NCBI GenBank assembly: GCA_963921275.4
Contig: OZ001293.3
Location: forward strand, 2,272,001-2,336,000
Reading direction: 5' to 3'
Source: an uncultured Hormoscilla sp.
Lineage (GTDB): Bacteria > Cyanobacteriota > Cyanobacteriia > Cyanobacteriales > Desertifilaceae
Length of the DNA: 64,000 nucleotides
A model generated the notes under the pieces. That model saw only the letters and a program-made list of their open reading frames with translations. It had not been told where the DNA came from and did no database searches. Of the stretch, positions 1 through 12,202 are shown in pieces (the stretch's first letter is position 1; each line of letters opens with the position of its first letter). Position numbers and translations under genes: made by a program.

Positions 1-289
1 TTGCTAATAATTCTTTTCACAATTCGGGTACGTCCCGCAGTTGTTTCTGTTTTGGCTTGAATGTTATACCTGATAATGAACTTTTACTATACTATGTTAA
101 CCCAGTTCCGTAAAGAAGAGGGATAAATATCCGAAAACTGTTCGAGAATTCGCAAATCTTCTCTCATGTTCTAGCGTAAGCATTTATGCTCATTGCCTGG
201 TATGCACCCTGCGCATCGCACATCGCTGAGATATCGTAGTCGCACAAAAGGGGAGGCATCGTACTCGCACATGCATAGGAGACACCGCT

Positions 290-410
290 GGCTCATTTCC
301 CGCTGCTACCGCCTGATCGATTGCCTCGGCAGCCGCAATTGCTGTATCGTTAGTGATGGCGGTAAGGCTGTTGAGTGTTTTATTATTGGTAGCAATGCGC
401 CACAAAGCAG
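290..410 (-). pseudogene. N-terminal fragment of an amidase (AtzE/GatA-like)
   Basis: RIATNNKTLNSLTAITNDTAIAAAEAIDQAVAAGNEP resembles the amidase N-terminus; both sides end in repeats. Confidence 0.5.
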
Positions 411-668
411 GGGTTCGTAGTAAGCACTTTAGTGCTTGCCTGGGTTCTACGTGAAGACACATTTTACGGCTTGCCTGGGGGTGGAGACCCATTGATTGTA
501 GAATATACTAACTCAAATGAGGATTGAAAGCAAACGGATCCTGACAATGATTAATCTTTCGTCAGCAATTATCACCACAGCGATTTCAAGTTAAAAATTA
601 TTTCTTCAAAATGAAATTTTTACAACTGACAACTAACCACTGACAATTAACGACTGACAACTGACAAC

Positions 669-918
669 AAAAATCATGCATTGGAGTCGAGTAAAGTTTG
701 CAAGGTAGCGATAAGGTTGTTTAAATCTAAAGGCTTACTCAAATAAGCAGCGGCTTCAGCAGCAAAACAAGGATCGCGAGGGTGCATCTCCTTAAAAATC
801 ATGCATTGGAGTCGAGTAAAGTTTGCAAGGTAGCGATAAGGTTGTTTAAATCTAAAGGCTTACTCAAATAAGCAGCGGCTTCAGCAGCAAAACAAGGATC
901 GCGAGGGTGCATCTCCTT
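669..918. repeat. Exact 125-bp tandem duplication (669-793, 794-918)
   Basis: Identical copies, each containing the 3' end of the receiver domain plus the first 14 bp of the ISKra4 end. Confidence 0.95.
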
Positions 919-3758
919 CGCTAAGTACAAATACTGAGATTTCAGAGAGAGGCTTTGAGGATAATCTATAAAAGCACTTTTCATCTTGGTAGTAGTCATG
1001 AACCCAGAAATCCAAGCCCAATTGAAGCCTATGCTCAAGCCCGGAAGCGGGCCGACTCCATGAGCAAGCTTTGGCTACCGTACCGGAGCAACTCACACCG
1101 GAGCAACTTACCACTCTTGAAGGTATCGAAGCCACGGTCCGCTCTCTTGTTCTCCAATATGTCAGCTCTGAAATCGCCCTTTTTTGATCGCCAAGGAGAG
1201 CGGGACAAGCGCAGGACACTTTAGCACTGTCAAGAGCTTTGTAGGGGAACTGAAGCTCACCAGTCAGCAAGCACAGTATTTTGAGGTCAAAGCCTATAGT
1301 CAGTGGAGTCCTTACCTAAAGTAATGTTGCCTAGAGTTGAGTGGGAACTCATCTGATGAACAATTGGCAAGGCAAATCAAGTTACTGACGGGGATGAAAG
1401 TCGGATCGAGGGACACGGCAGCGACTGGTGCAGCGTGATGATTTTCCCGAAGGGCAAGCGTCACACCCCGTGCAGGCATTAACTGCGGATGGATCAGGGC
1501 AAGTCGAATCAACAGTAGGCCGAGGGGCAAGGGTGAAGTTATCTGGAGCACAGTGGAAGGAGGAGAATGTCTCCCAGGTGTTACGACATTGTTGTGCTTG
1601 CTTGAACGGAGTTTTTACAGCACTCACTATGAGTAATAATACTTACCTAACTACTGGGATGCACCCGATCGCGATCGCCTGGCATGGCCATTGCGGTAAT
1701 AGCCACTACAGGCACCTGTTGCCAGACAGAGTGAGCTTTCAGTTGACGGATAAGCTCCAATCCATCCACCTCTGGCAGCTGGATATCCATTAAAATTAAG
1801 TCAGGCAAAGTTGGCGGCGTCACTAGGGGAGAGGAGATGGCCGACAGCATCGATCTACCGTCACAGATCAGCTCAACTACGTAACCGGACAACTTCAGCA
1901 TTTCCGAAATCAAAGCTTGATTATAGGGTTGGTCTTCTACCACCAAAACCCGCTGAGCATCGACAAACTCCTGCTTGGGTTGTTTAGTAGCATTTTGACC
2001 TTCTGTTGCCTAGGACTGAGACTTTAATGAGTGCCGCGTTTCTGTCAAAGGCAACCAGACACGAAAAATACTGCCAACTCCTTCAGTAGACTGGAAAGAG
2101 ACAGTCCTCCCATGCAGTTCCGCCAGTCGTTTTGTGAGTGCCAACCCCAGTCCCGTGCCGTTATGACGCCTAGTTAAAGAAGAATCAACCTGTTGGAAAG
2201 GATGAAACAGCAAATGCCACTTAGACTCAGGAATGCCAATGCCAGAATCTTCTACCTCCAAACACAGGTAAGGAGTGCTAGCATTGATCACAGAGCGATC
2301 GGGGCGATAGTCACTCACAATCTGACTACCATAAGCGAGACGTACAACTAGCTTCACAGATCCAGCGGACGGCGTAAACTTGACCGCATTAGAGAGCAAA
2401 TTAATCAAAATCTGGCGGGTACGGCGCTCATCCACCTTGTCTAGAGGATAGTCCACTTCTACAGAAAGGGTCAGTCGCTTTTTATCCGCCCGGGGCTGAA
2501 TCATTGCTAGACAATTATGACAGAGAGCATGAACTGAAACCATATGCAAGTCCAGTTGAGTCTTACCCGCTTCAATCTTCGATAAATCCAGAATATCGTT
2601 AATTAGATCCAAAAGGTGCTTACCGCTATTATAGATTGCCGTTGCATAATTCATCTGGCTTTCTGTCAAATTTGCACCTTGTCGCAGCAGCAAATCAGAA
2701 AAGCCCAGAATACTATTGAGGGGAGTCCGCAGTTCGTGGGACATGGACGCCAGAAACTCCGACTTCAACTGAGAAGCACGCTCTAAATATTCATTTATTC
2801 GACGCGGATTATTTCGAGCTTGAGCGTGTTCAATTGCCACACTCTGGGTACGATAAGCTGCTAATAGCATATTTTGGTGCGGTGCTTTCTGAAGTTTATG
2901 TAGCGATCGCGACTCCAGGGTCAAGACACCAATAATTTTACCATCCGTAGCAGGGATAGGAAATATGCCCAGCTGACCAATACCCGGATGGCGAAATGCT
3001 GCTACGGCTTGCGGGTGCTTGTAATAATCCTCAACAAATAGGGTTTGCCAGTTTCCACCACTGACCACAGTAGCCCTTCCCCGTAGGAGATCCCCTGATT
3101 CAGCATCTCGGACATAGAAGCGATCGCAGGGGGGCCGTAGGTAGCAACAAACTGACTGGAAAATTGATTACATAGAGCTGCTGCTTGCCGTTTTTTTTCC
3201 TCACCATTGATTACTTTTACATCTCCGAACGCAGCATTCATCGCCGACATCAGGTAGTTGAGAGCAAATTGAGTAATTTCCTGTAGGTCTTCGGAATTTT
3301 GCATTCGTTCATTTAGCCCTAATAAAAATCTCAGCCGCTTCACTTCTGCGTTTAAGTTAGCTTGCATCCAGGCACCATCCAACAGAGCTTGCCTATCTCT
3401 GGTAACATCACGAAAAGTAAATAGACGCCCTCCATTGGATGTCACAGTAGTAGACACTTCCAAGTAAACCCCATTAGCTTGCTCCACATCCAAGACCAGG
3501 CTCTCTAAGATAGCTGTTTCCATGATTTCCCCTAACTGCTTATACTGCGCTCTCGACCAGTATCCCCTGTTCTACCACAGGGGCAAACACTTCCGTAAAA
3601 TGAGGTTTTTCTCTCAGCTCTGAAATCGAAATTCCCCACATCTGTGCTAATTTATGATTGAAAAACACCAAGTGCTGCGACTTATCAAATAGGGCGATCG
3701 CATTATCCACTTGAGACAGGATCAACTCCTGTTCTTCCCTTAACTGTTGTATATCCAT
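799..3758 (-). pseudogene. Hybrid sensor histidine kinase/response regulator (PAS-GAF-HisKA-HATPase-REC), disrupted
   Basis: SHELRTPLN, NLLSNAVKF, GTGLGL and LILMDIQLP motifs in successive ORF pieces; frameshifts near 3565 and 3045; TAG at 2010; IS insertion at 905-1666. Confidence 0.9.
905..1666 (+). mobile_element. Internally deleted ISKra4-family IS
   Basis: Ends GGGTGCATC...GATGCACCC; 8-bp TSD GATCGCGA; C-terminal remnant GSGQVES..VKLSGAQWKEENV. Confidence 0.85.
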
Positions 3759-4302
3759 CTTTTTGCTAATTGTTCATTGCTAATTGTTCATTGCTAATTG
3801 TTCATTGCCCAATCACCATTGACCATTACCCAAGAGTCATCACATCGGATGGACTACTCTAACTCCGGGCACTATTGCGATTGGATATGTGGCATTATAT
3901 CATTCAGCGGTGTCTCCCCTGCGAGTTCGGTGTCTCCCCTCGTTCCCACGGCTCTGCCTGGGAACGTGTTTAAGGCGCTCCCGGGAGACACGGAAAGGCC
4001 CCGGCTAGCAATCCCCGCCCTGTATGGGATGAAGAGCGCTCCGGCGTTGTCGGGGAGATTGCTTCTCTTGTCTGATCGCGGCGATCCCTATAATGTCGGT
4101 TTGGGCCCCCCCTCGCGCAGGACAGGTTATTAACCGAGAAGTATTGGGTGGGACTGCCTGAGTAAGCTAAGCGTAAAAATTAAAAATTAAAAATTAAAAA
4201 TTGACCACTGACTACTGTCCTCTGAGTACTGACCACTCACCAAAATCCTGATAAAGTTTCAGTGTAAGCTGTTGCTTTCAAAAATACCGCTGTCCACCAA
4301 CC

Positions 4303-6474
4303 ATGCCTAAGACCAAGACAAAAACTCAAACCAAAGACAAAATAAATCTGGACGATGCGCAATATTACTTCAACCGAGAACTCAGCTGGCTAGAGTTTAA
4401 CAACCGAGTATTGCACGAAGCCCTGGATGAGCGGACACCACTGCTAGAGCGTCTCAAGTTTCTGGCCATATTCAGCAACAACCTAGATGAATTCTTTATG
4501 GTGCGCGTGGCCGGTTTGAAGAAACAGGTAGAAGCAAAAGTGAATAAGCTGACCCCCGATGGACGCACGCCCACTGAACAGCTAAACCAGATTAACCAGC
4601 GGCTGCACCCGCTAGTTAGGCAACAGCACCAGCACTTCCAGCAAATTCTCAGACCCCTGTTAGCGGCAGAAGGAATCCATCTTCTGGACTATATAGACCT
4701 CAACCAAGAGCAACGAATTTATCTGCAAAACTATTTTGAGCAGCAAATCTTTCCCGTGCTCACTCCTCTAGCCGTTGACCCCAGCCATCCCTTTCCCTAC
4801 ATTTCTAACCGCAGTCTGAATCTGGCCGTAGTAGTGGTTGACCCGGAAACTGGTGCAGAACATTTCGCCCGGATCAAAGTCCCCAAAGTCTTACCCCGAT
4901 TTGTGCCCCTATCAGAAGAGTTACAGTTCGAGTCCGAAAACAGCCCCGCTTTCTGGACTGGCGTTGCCTTGGAACAGGTGATTGCCCATAATCTGGAACC
5001 TTTATTTCCAGGGATGAAAATTCAGAAGTATTATCCTTTTCGGATTACTAGAGATGCTGACCTGTCCGTACAAGAAGATGAAGCCGACGATCTGCTGCTG
5101 GCCATTGAGCAGGAATTACGCAAACGCCGCATTGGTGGGGACGTCGTCCGGATGGAAATGCAAGTTAATTCATCGGATCTGGTGCGTGAAGTGCTGATGC
5201 GGGAGATGCGCTTGGCAGAGATTGATGTCTACGAAGTTGAAGGCTTGCTGGGGTTAGGGGATTTAATCAGCTTTATGGCACTGCCTCTGCCAGAATTGAA
5301 GGACTTCGTGTGGACTCCCGTTGTGCCTGCTCGCTTGCAACGCCTTCCTAACCCGGAGACAGGGTCTTTCCCCATAGAGACGGAAGGCGCCGAAGAATTT
5401 TTCGCCACCATCCGCAAGCAGGATTTGCTGGTTCACCTTCCCTATCATTCTTTTGCCGCTACTATCGAGCGTTTGATCACTCAGGCGGCTCACGACCCTC
5501 AGGTACTGGCAATCAAAATGACCCTCTACCGCACCTCTGGGGATTCACCTATTATTAATGCCTTGATTGCCGCAGCCGAAAATGATAAGCAGGTGGCTGT
5601 TTTGGTGGAACTCAAGGCCCGCTTTGATGAAGAAAACAATATTAACTGGGCCCGGAAGTTAGAAAACTCAGGGGTGCATGTCGTCTATGGTCTGGTGGGC
5701 TTGAAGACTCACACCAAAATTGCCATGGTGGTGCGCCGGGAGTCAGATGGCATTCGTCGCTACGTTCACGTTGGCACGGGTAACTACAATCCCAAAACGG
5801 CAAAGCTTTATACGGATTTAGGCTTGTTGACCTGTCGTCCAGAGTTGGGAGCGGATTTAACCGATTTGTTTAACTATTTAACCGGTTACTCGCGGCGGCG
5901 GTCTTACCGCAAGCTATTGGTTGCCCCAGTCAGCTTGCGATCGCGCATGCTAGAGCTAATTCGCCGCGAGATCGAACATTGCCGCAACGGTTCTCATGCT
6001 CGCATTGTCGCCAAAATGAACTCCCTAGTAGACCAAGAAATGATTGCCGCCCTCTACGAAGCCTCCCAAGCTGGCGTCCAAATCGACTTAATCCTGCGGG
6101 GAATTTGCTGTTTGCAACCTGGGGTGGAAGGCGTTAGCGAAAATATCAGCGTCGTCAGCATTGTCGGTCACTTTTTAGAACACTCGCGGATTTTTTACTT
6201 CCATAACCAAGGTCAGGACGAAGTTTATCTTGGTAGTGCTGACTGGATGCCCCGCAATTTAGACCGGCGAGTAGAAGCCGTCACCCTAGTAGAAGATCCA
6301 GATCTTGTCAAAGACCTGCAAGAGATACTCGGGATTATGCTAGCTGATAACCGCCAAGCCTGGGACCTACAGCCAGACGGCACTTACATCCAGCGCCATG
6401 CAGAGGACAATGCCAGGGACCAGAGTTGCCAAGCCATCTTCATGGCGATGGCTAATGCTGAGTCTAGTGCTTAG
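4303..6474 (+). CDS. ppk1: Polyphosphate kinase 1
   Basis: 723 aa; YFNRELSWL, NLDEFFMVRV, ELKARFDEENN, FLEHSRI motifs. Confidence 0.98.
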   Translation: MPKTKTKTQTKDKINLDDAQYYFNRELSWLEFNNRVLHEALDERTPLLERLKFLAIFSNNLDEFFMVRVAGLKKQVEAKVNKLTPDGRTPTEQLNQINQRLHPLVRQQHQHFQQILRPLLAAEGIHLLDYIDLNQEQRIYLQNYFEQQIFPVLTPLAVDPSHPFPYISNRSLNLAVVVVDPETGAEHFARIKVPKVLPRFVPLSEELQFESENSPAFWTGVALEQVIAHNLEPLFPGMKIQKYYPFRITRDADLSVQEDEADDLLLAIEQELRKRRIGGDVVRMEMQVNSSDLVREVLMREMRLAEIDVYEVEGLLGLGDLISFMALPLPELKDFVWTPVVPARLQRLPNPETGSFPIETEGAEEFFATIRKQDLLVHLPYHSFAATIERLITQAAHDPQVLAIKMTLYRTSGDSPIINALIAAAENDKQVAVLVELKARFDEENNINWARKLENSGVHVVYGLVGLKTHTKIAMVVRRESDGIRRYVHVGTGNYNPKTAKLYTDLGLLTCRPELGADLTDLFNYLTGYSRRRSYRKLLVAPVSLRSRMLELIRREIEHCRNGSHARIVAKMNSLVDQEMIAALYEASQAGVQIDLILRGICCLQPGVEGVSENISVVSIVGHFLEHSRIFYFHNQGQDEVYLGSADWMPRNLDRRVEAVTLVEDPDLVKDLQEILGIMLADNRQAWDLQPDGTYIQRHAEDNARDQSCQAIFMAMANAESSA

Positions 6475-6650
6475 CTTGCTTCTGAAGGAAACGTACGCTT
6501 AAATTCGTCAATCAGCTCGTCAATTTCCTCCAATGCCTGATTGACATCAATCCTCATCGTTCCCAGGTCTGGTTTCTCTAGTAGCTGCACCAAGGCTTCC
6601 CGTTTGCTGGCGATCGCCCTAATCTTGTCTCTAATACTCTGACGGTCCAT
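6471..6650 (-). CDS. Small conserved cyanobacterial hypothetical protein
   Basis: MDRQSIRDKI...LGTMRIDVNQALEEIDELIDEFKRTFP; helical 59-aa ORF. Confidence 0.7.
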   Translation of the reverse strand: MDRQSIRDKIRAIASKREALVQLLEKPDLGTMRIDVNQALEEIDELIDEFKRTFPSEAS

Positions 6651-6765
6651 TGACTGCTCCCTTTGCCTACTCACTTCTGTCATCAATTGTCACATGTCTA
6701 TGCCTTACTGGAAAAAAGGATAACTTTTGGCGTTTGGGGACTTGCTCCGGTGTCTCCTGGGAGCG

Positions 6766-6972
6766 CTAAGAATGATAGCTTATGGGTCGAGGGCGTGATA
6801 TGCTATGGCTGCGCCACGCTACGCGACCGGCAAAATCGATAAAGGTCTGACGCCCCTGCCCATCCCGCGTTCCGTGCCCGATCGCCAACAGCGGGCGTTG
6901 CAGCGGTAGTGGCGGTAATTCTATTAGCGGTTTTGGGTTATCCTGAGTTGTGAGTTGTTGCATTAATACCAT
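6766..6972 (-). pseudogene. cbiX: Sirohydrochlorin cobaltochelatase CbiX, N-terminal fragment
   Basis: [17 protein letters not shown] motif, then truncated in repeat sequence. Confidence 0.85.
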
Positions 6973-7011
6973 TTTCCCGTGCGAGGCAGGAAATTTAGTT
7001 TACAAGTAACA

Positions 7012-7105
7012 GCTAGGTATTCTGGCTGAGGATTTTTCCTTTACAGTTACCGCATAGCCCCTGACTTACACCGGTGTTTCCCTAGTCTGCCACAATTTGC
7101 GGGTG
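7012..7105 (-). promoter_or_regulatory. Cobalamin riboswitch (possibly degenerate) upstream of cbiX
   Basis: Minus strand AGGGAAACACCGGTGTAAGTC..GCTATGCGGTAACTGTAA..AGCCAGAATACC matches the B12-box pattern, and it lies before a B12 gene. Confidence 0.75.
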
Positions 7106-7221
7106 CTTTGATATCTTAGCCCATTCTGCTGCTGCTGACTTTTGACGTTTTTTATGGGAGGCCGATCGCCACCTGCCTCTGACATGATATAATACCATAA
7201 ACTAACATATCCGATCTAATT

Positions 7222-7572
7222 ATGCAACAATCTCCCTCCCGCAAGAACATTCCGCCCAAAGTTAGCAGCCTACTCCGTAATAAGTCGGAAGTAGCGGAAT
7301 ATCTCTGCATGTATTAGATGGCGATCGAAAAGAGACGCCTCAAGCAAGAACTGGACAACCTAGATTTACGCCGCGAACAGATTAACCAGCGCCTCTCCAT
7401 CCTAGATGGGGAGATGAGTGAGATTATCAACAGCACTAATTTCCAACTCGAAAACCCGGAAGCAACTCCACAAACGGGGGCGACCTCTCGCGGAGATCGA
7501 GTTCAGAAAATACGGAGTAAACCGACTCAGAAACCCCAAGATTCTCAGTCAGATCAGTTTCGTTCCTACTAG
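7222..7572 (+). pseudogene. gvpV: Gas vesicle protein GvpV-like, with internal TAG
   Basis: IPPKVSSLLRNKSEVAEYLCMY*MAIEKRRLKQEL; adjacent to gvpG/F/K. Confidence 0.7.
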
Positions 7573-7720
7573 AATATTAAATTTTCCTGTAGTTCGTCGT
7601 CAGTAGTAGGATGGGTTAGGCGCACAATCATCTCTATTCGTAACTATATCTTATGTTTTTTTGCGCCGTAACCCATCGCCAGCGCTTACTGTTCAAACAC
7701 TTCCGAGGGGAGGATGCGTT

Positions 7721-7870
7721 ACCCTTAAATTCTGGTTGGGTTTGCTTCGTCAACCCAACCTACATCTAATCATTATCTGTTTCCCTTGCTTCCATACCCT
7801 TAAATTGTTGTTGGGTTTGCTTCGTCAACCCAACCTACATCTAATCGTTATCTGTTTCGCTATCCTCCAT
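7721..7870. repeat. Imperfect 75-bp tandem repeat containing a GTTGGGTT..AACCCAAC hairpin and a copy of the gvpG 3' end
   Basis: Two units beginning ACCCTTAAATT. Confidence 0.8.
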
Positions 7871-8086
7871 TTCCTGAATTGCCAGCAACAACTCTTCCTC
7901 TTGTTCTTCAAAATCCTCCTCAGATATTTCTCCCATGTCAAAAGCTAACTGGAGTGCTAACAATCGCTTATGTAAATTTTTTTTATCGTCCAATTCCGCA
8001 TTCGCACGTTCCAGGATTTGCTCTCCAATCCACGCAACACCCTCGATCGGGCCCATCAGCGGTAAAGTCAGTAAACGTAAAAGCAT
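7841..8086 (-). CDS. gvpG: Gas vesicle protein GvpG
   Basis: LLTLPLMGP..WIGEQI..LQLAFDMGEISEEDFEEQEEELL. Confidence 0.9.
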   Translation of the reverse strand: MLLRLLTLPLMGPIEGVAWIGEQILERANAELDDKKNLHKRLLALQLAFDMGEISEEDFEEQEEELLLAIQEMEDSETDND

Positions 8087-8096
8087 ATTCTTCTAT

Positions 8097-8833
8097 TTAT
8101 TCTAGTTGGGCAAAGTTAAAAGGAGCGGTAAAATTATTATAGCGAATCCGCAAGCGCCCGTCAAATTTATGGTCTAATGCTTCTACTGAGTCTGAGAATT
8201 TCTCCTCACCATCCCAAGGGATTAGATAGGCAGCATTATAAATCATTTTCTCCATTAACGTGTCATTTTCCACCACATCTACTGCCAAGGGATTTAATGT
8301 CCCTTCAAATACCTCAATGATGCCCTCCTGTCGCGAGCGCATTTCTTTTTCCAGGGTTTGCCCGATCGCGATCGTCTCATCTACGCTAATCACCTTTCCG
8401 GACAGACTATCCCGTTTTTCCCTCAATTCCTGATTTTCTGCCAACAGCATTTGTAACTCAGCATCAGGATCCCAGAAAATTTTAATTCCCACCTCTCGGC
8501 GTCCATCTAATTTAGCAAACAGTCGTTGTAACCCTTCACCTTGAGTCCTTGTCAACTGTTGACTCACCGTTTCCCAATCTTCTACGACCAGTCCAAATTG
8601 CAAAGGTAAAAGCGTCCGATAACCCGCCTGCATCGCCAACTCTAACACCTTTTCATGACCCAGCAAATTGCGGCGACTAGCTAAATACTTTTCTTTTAAT
8701 GCTTCTGAGTACAAAAAACAAAGCCATCTACGGACTCAGTCCTTACCGGTTGTTCATCTAAACCTTGTAACTCCAAGTCAACTGGACCCGGAGGTGGAAA
8801 AATTCCGTATAGATAGATGCCATAGCATACCAT
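8097..8833 (-). pseudogene. gvpF: Gas vesicle protein GvpF/L, frameshifted in a poly-T run near 8715
   Basis: GIYLYGIFP N-terminus is out of frame with YLASRRNLLGHEKVLE...RIRYNNFTAPFNF. Confidence 0.88.
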
Positions 8834-8847
8834 TTTCAATTTGCAAT

Positions 8848-9260
8848 CTAGGAACGGGGAATTCGTTGAGATGTTAAAAGCAATCTTAACCGCAGGTGAA
8901 TCAAATTTATATCTGCCAACCCCACATCGACATCACCATCGACCACTATACCAGTGTCTAGTAGTTGGTCTAGCAATTCTAAAATCGAAGCATTTTCCGA
9001 GGTTTCCCCTGGATAGTAGCCTGATTTAGGCAGCAAACTACCGATTTCTCCCAAATCAACGTTCAATTCTGCGAGGTCGATGTCAAACACCTCACATAAT
9101 TGTAACACTTGTGCTTCCAACTGGCGCAAACTCTCAGCAGCGCGGTCTATTTCTGCCTCACTGAGATTTCCCGCTTCCATGCGGCGTATCACCTGCGCTT
9201 CCATCAACTGACGTACAAGTTCCACTATTGTGAGTAGCAACTGTGCTAAACCGGCATCCC
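8848..9260 (-). pseudogene. gvpK: Gas vesicle protein GvpK, N-terminus lost
   Basis: AGLAQLLLTIVELVRQLMEAQVIRRME; no clear start; abuts a DUF433 fragment. Confidence 0.85.
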
Positions 9261-9512
9261 TGTATGAACAAAACCATCTATTAATGCTAATAATTGAGCT
9301 TCTGGATGGCCGAGATAGTAACCGATGGTCAGATAAACATCTCCTAATGATAGAGTTGAGTATCGCTGAACGATTGACTCGGGAGACGCTCCATCCTGGA
9401 AAGCTTGAATCACTATTTCTAATAAAACTCTTGAGATTCCTACTCTAATCGCCCCGGTTTCGTCTTCCCGTAGGGGGAGTGGGAGGGTTTTCGGTTCTAA
9501 AACTACACTCAT
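9246..9512 (-). pseudogene. DUF433 antitoxin-like protein, C-terminally truncated
   Basis: IRVGISRVLLEIVIQAFQDGASPESIVQRYSTLSLGDVYLTIGYYL. Confidence 0.8.
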
Positions 9513-9919
9513 AATTTACCTCTTAATTTTTTTACCATTTTTACAAGCTGGTCTTATAACAATATTACCCTGATTTCATCGCCTTTTCCACCTTCTCAAC
9601 TGTGCGATCGCTAGTGCTGTCACCGGTGGTGCGCTCGTCGATTCAGTATTTATAGTCGCTTTCAAGCAGTTCTAGACCGACAGCCTCAAACAAATTTTCC
9701 AGTTTACTGCGGTAAATCGGTTTCTTGCATTTCAATATTTTCGAGACTGTATCTTTCGAGACTGTATTGGGAGCTAAAGGGTCTGCACCGGTTCCTCCTG
9801 TGAGTGCTGATATATTTTCATAGGTGCGCTTCTTTCCTTCCTGCTTTAGCTTTTGGTTGATTGCCTTATTCAGTGTCCTGACTCAGTGAGTATAAGACGG
9901 CGTGGGGTGGGGAGCTTGT

Positions 9920-11074
9920 TCATCGATTGACGCGAGGTGAGCGAACTTCTGCTTTTCCCATATTATGACCGATTTTCAAGCATTTTTTCCCGATTTTCGG
10001 AAATTCGCCAATTTCGAGGTAAAGATTCTCGGGGGGTTTTCCGTGTCCGTTCTTGCCCGTATGATATTTGCCTACCTCATATTGCCTTACATTGAACCCC
10101 AGAAAGTCAAATCCCGGGTTATCACTGTGTAGCGTATGGGTTATCTTTGTCTTTTCCGGCTTGAGTTCTAACCCCATTTCTTTCAGCCATTCTGCTATGA
10201 CCCTCTGCCCTTGCTCGATCATGTCGCGGTCCTTGTGCAGAACTACAAAGTCATCGGCGTATCTAACTACTGTCAGTTCCTGCCTTTTCACCTTGTTATT
10301 TCTTGCTAGGGACTTGACCCTTTCTTCTATTCCATGTAAGGCCACATTTGCCAGCAGAGGCGATATGACTCCACCCTGTGGGGTCCCTTCTATGGTTTCA
10401 AACATCTGTCCTGCATCTATCACACCGGCTTTAACCAGGCGCGTATCTGTCTAGGAAAGGTAGGTGAGGTATTTAATTTTGTGAGCAGCGCTTGGTGGTC
10501 AATCTTATCAAAGCATTTAGCAATGTCTGCATCTAAAACCCATTTGGATTTTTTGTTGATGCTGTTGTATATTGCTTCAATTGCATCATGGCACCCTCTA
10601 CCTGGCCTAAAGCCGTAGGAATTTGCTTCAAAATACGCTTCCCATTCGGGATAAGTGCGCAAGTTTTACTAATCCCTGTAGTGCTCTGTCATACATCACT
10701 GGTATTCCTAATGGACGTTTTTCATCCCTTCCTGGCTTCGGTATCCACACTCGTCGTGCAGGCTGAGTAGAGGTTGAGATTGTTAGTTGTCCTACCAATT
10801 TCAGACGCTGCGCTGGGGTCAGGGATTTTACACCATCCACACCGGCAGTCTTCTTGCCTTGGTTTTTTTGCGTTACCCGTCGTACTGCTAAACACTTGGC
10901 TGACCAGGATTTTACCAGTAACCTCCTTTGCTTGCGAACTGTCCGCTTATCACCACGTTGTGCCGCTCTGTAAATTCTCAGAAGCAGCTTAAAGACCCTT
11001 CGCTCTAGCTTGCGCCAGGGGATTGTCTTCCATTCATATTCATGATGACGATGTTTGCAAAGGACCCTGTTCAT
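9920..11074 (-). pseudogene. ltrA: Group II intron reverse transcriptase/maturase, frameshifted and truncated
   Basis: KTAGVDG, RPLGIP, SYGFRPGR, GTPQGGVISPLLAN, RYADD, GFDFLGF across three frames. Confidence 0.93.
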
Positions 11075-11681
11075 AACGTTTGTACTGCTACTTACAAATT
11101 CACAATTGACATTACCATGAGGGCGTCAGCATATCCTATCCATTATAGATAGGCATTTGCTTTTCCACTCAATCCTTCCCAGTCATGACCTGCTATCATG
11201 TAAGCTCTTGTTGCGCCTTTGGTGGCTACTCTATCTATCGACCAAGATACGAGAGTACATAACCGGGTTACTTCGTTCCTACAGATGATTGGTTGTAGCT
11301 AAGGATGGATTCCTTACGCCGGGTTTGTTGTCGGTGCTTATTGGTCGGAACATTATCCGCCAACGACCTATATCCTTTCCCTTTTGGGCCAGTGTGTCAG
11401 CCTTATTACACTGGTTCGCTCTGACGACGTTGCAAATCTTTGTTTTATGCTCATCATGGCTACTTCCTCGACGATAACCGATTTGGGCTACCAGTCAGTG
11501 CGCCTTTCATTCCCGCTTTACGGATTGATGCCATCGCTACCGTCGGGAATGTGCTGTCACTCCTGCACCTGGAGGGATGGACTTTCACCATCATCATCTG
11601 TAAGTTGTCTAGGCTAATGAAACCTAGCTAGTGGTCCCCCATATGACTCGTGTCATGTTTTTTACACGAAAAGAATCGCAC
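10030..11681 (-). mobile_element. Group II intron (chloroplast-like class), 3'-truncated, with degraded RT
   Basis: 5' end GTGCGATTC at 11681, ~600-nt RNA leader, then RT ORF; DV/DVI absent. Confidence 0.9.
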
Positions 11682-12202
11682 AATGTTGATATCGCCGTGC
11701 CCCGCTCCCACGCGATCGCCCAACAGCAGCAATGGACAGTAACAGTCAGGGCACGGCAAGAGATAGATATTGTCCGATCACATTATATCCCATATTCCGC
11801 ACGACAATTTGTAACATGCTAGTAATATGTAATGTTACGGTACGATTGCAATTGTCAGACATTTTATCATACATAATATGTCTGGCGATTTGGCCAACCA
11901 AACGTATTATTTTTTATACGGATAAGAGTTTTTCGGTTCGCTTTCATCACAAAGCGCTCGTAATCATAACATAATACATTTTATATTGCGTAATGTAGGT
12001 TATATTATTGATGCCAACCCACCACCCCATGCCCTCACCAAAATATCATGGCTGTCTCGAAGGCGATCGCGCCGCGCCCAGATATCCATAGGTTCATTCT
12101 ATTCAATTCCTTCACAAAGAGTCCGATCGCCCGTTTCAACATAGGGGTTATGCTGGAGATAATCGGACAGCCAATAGCAACCATGCATCTGCAGGTTTTC
12201 TA

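Noticed and set aside
8710..8720. Programmed frameshifting or phase variation at homopolymers (also ~3565, ~19435, ~51250)
   Set aside because: Runs are short and cannot be distinguished from sequencing error or ordinary decay without reads.
9560..10030. Possible IS fragment truncating the RT
   Set aside because: The junction is clear, but no IR pair or transposase motif could be confirmed.
9920..11074. RT as part of a diversity-generating retroelement or retron
   Set aside because: Motifs (PQGG, YADD) and the upstream GTGCG RNA leader mark a group II intron RT; the repeat pairs in the window do not show adenine-specific mismatches.
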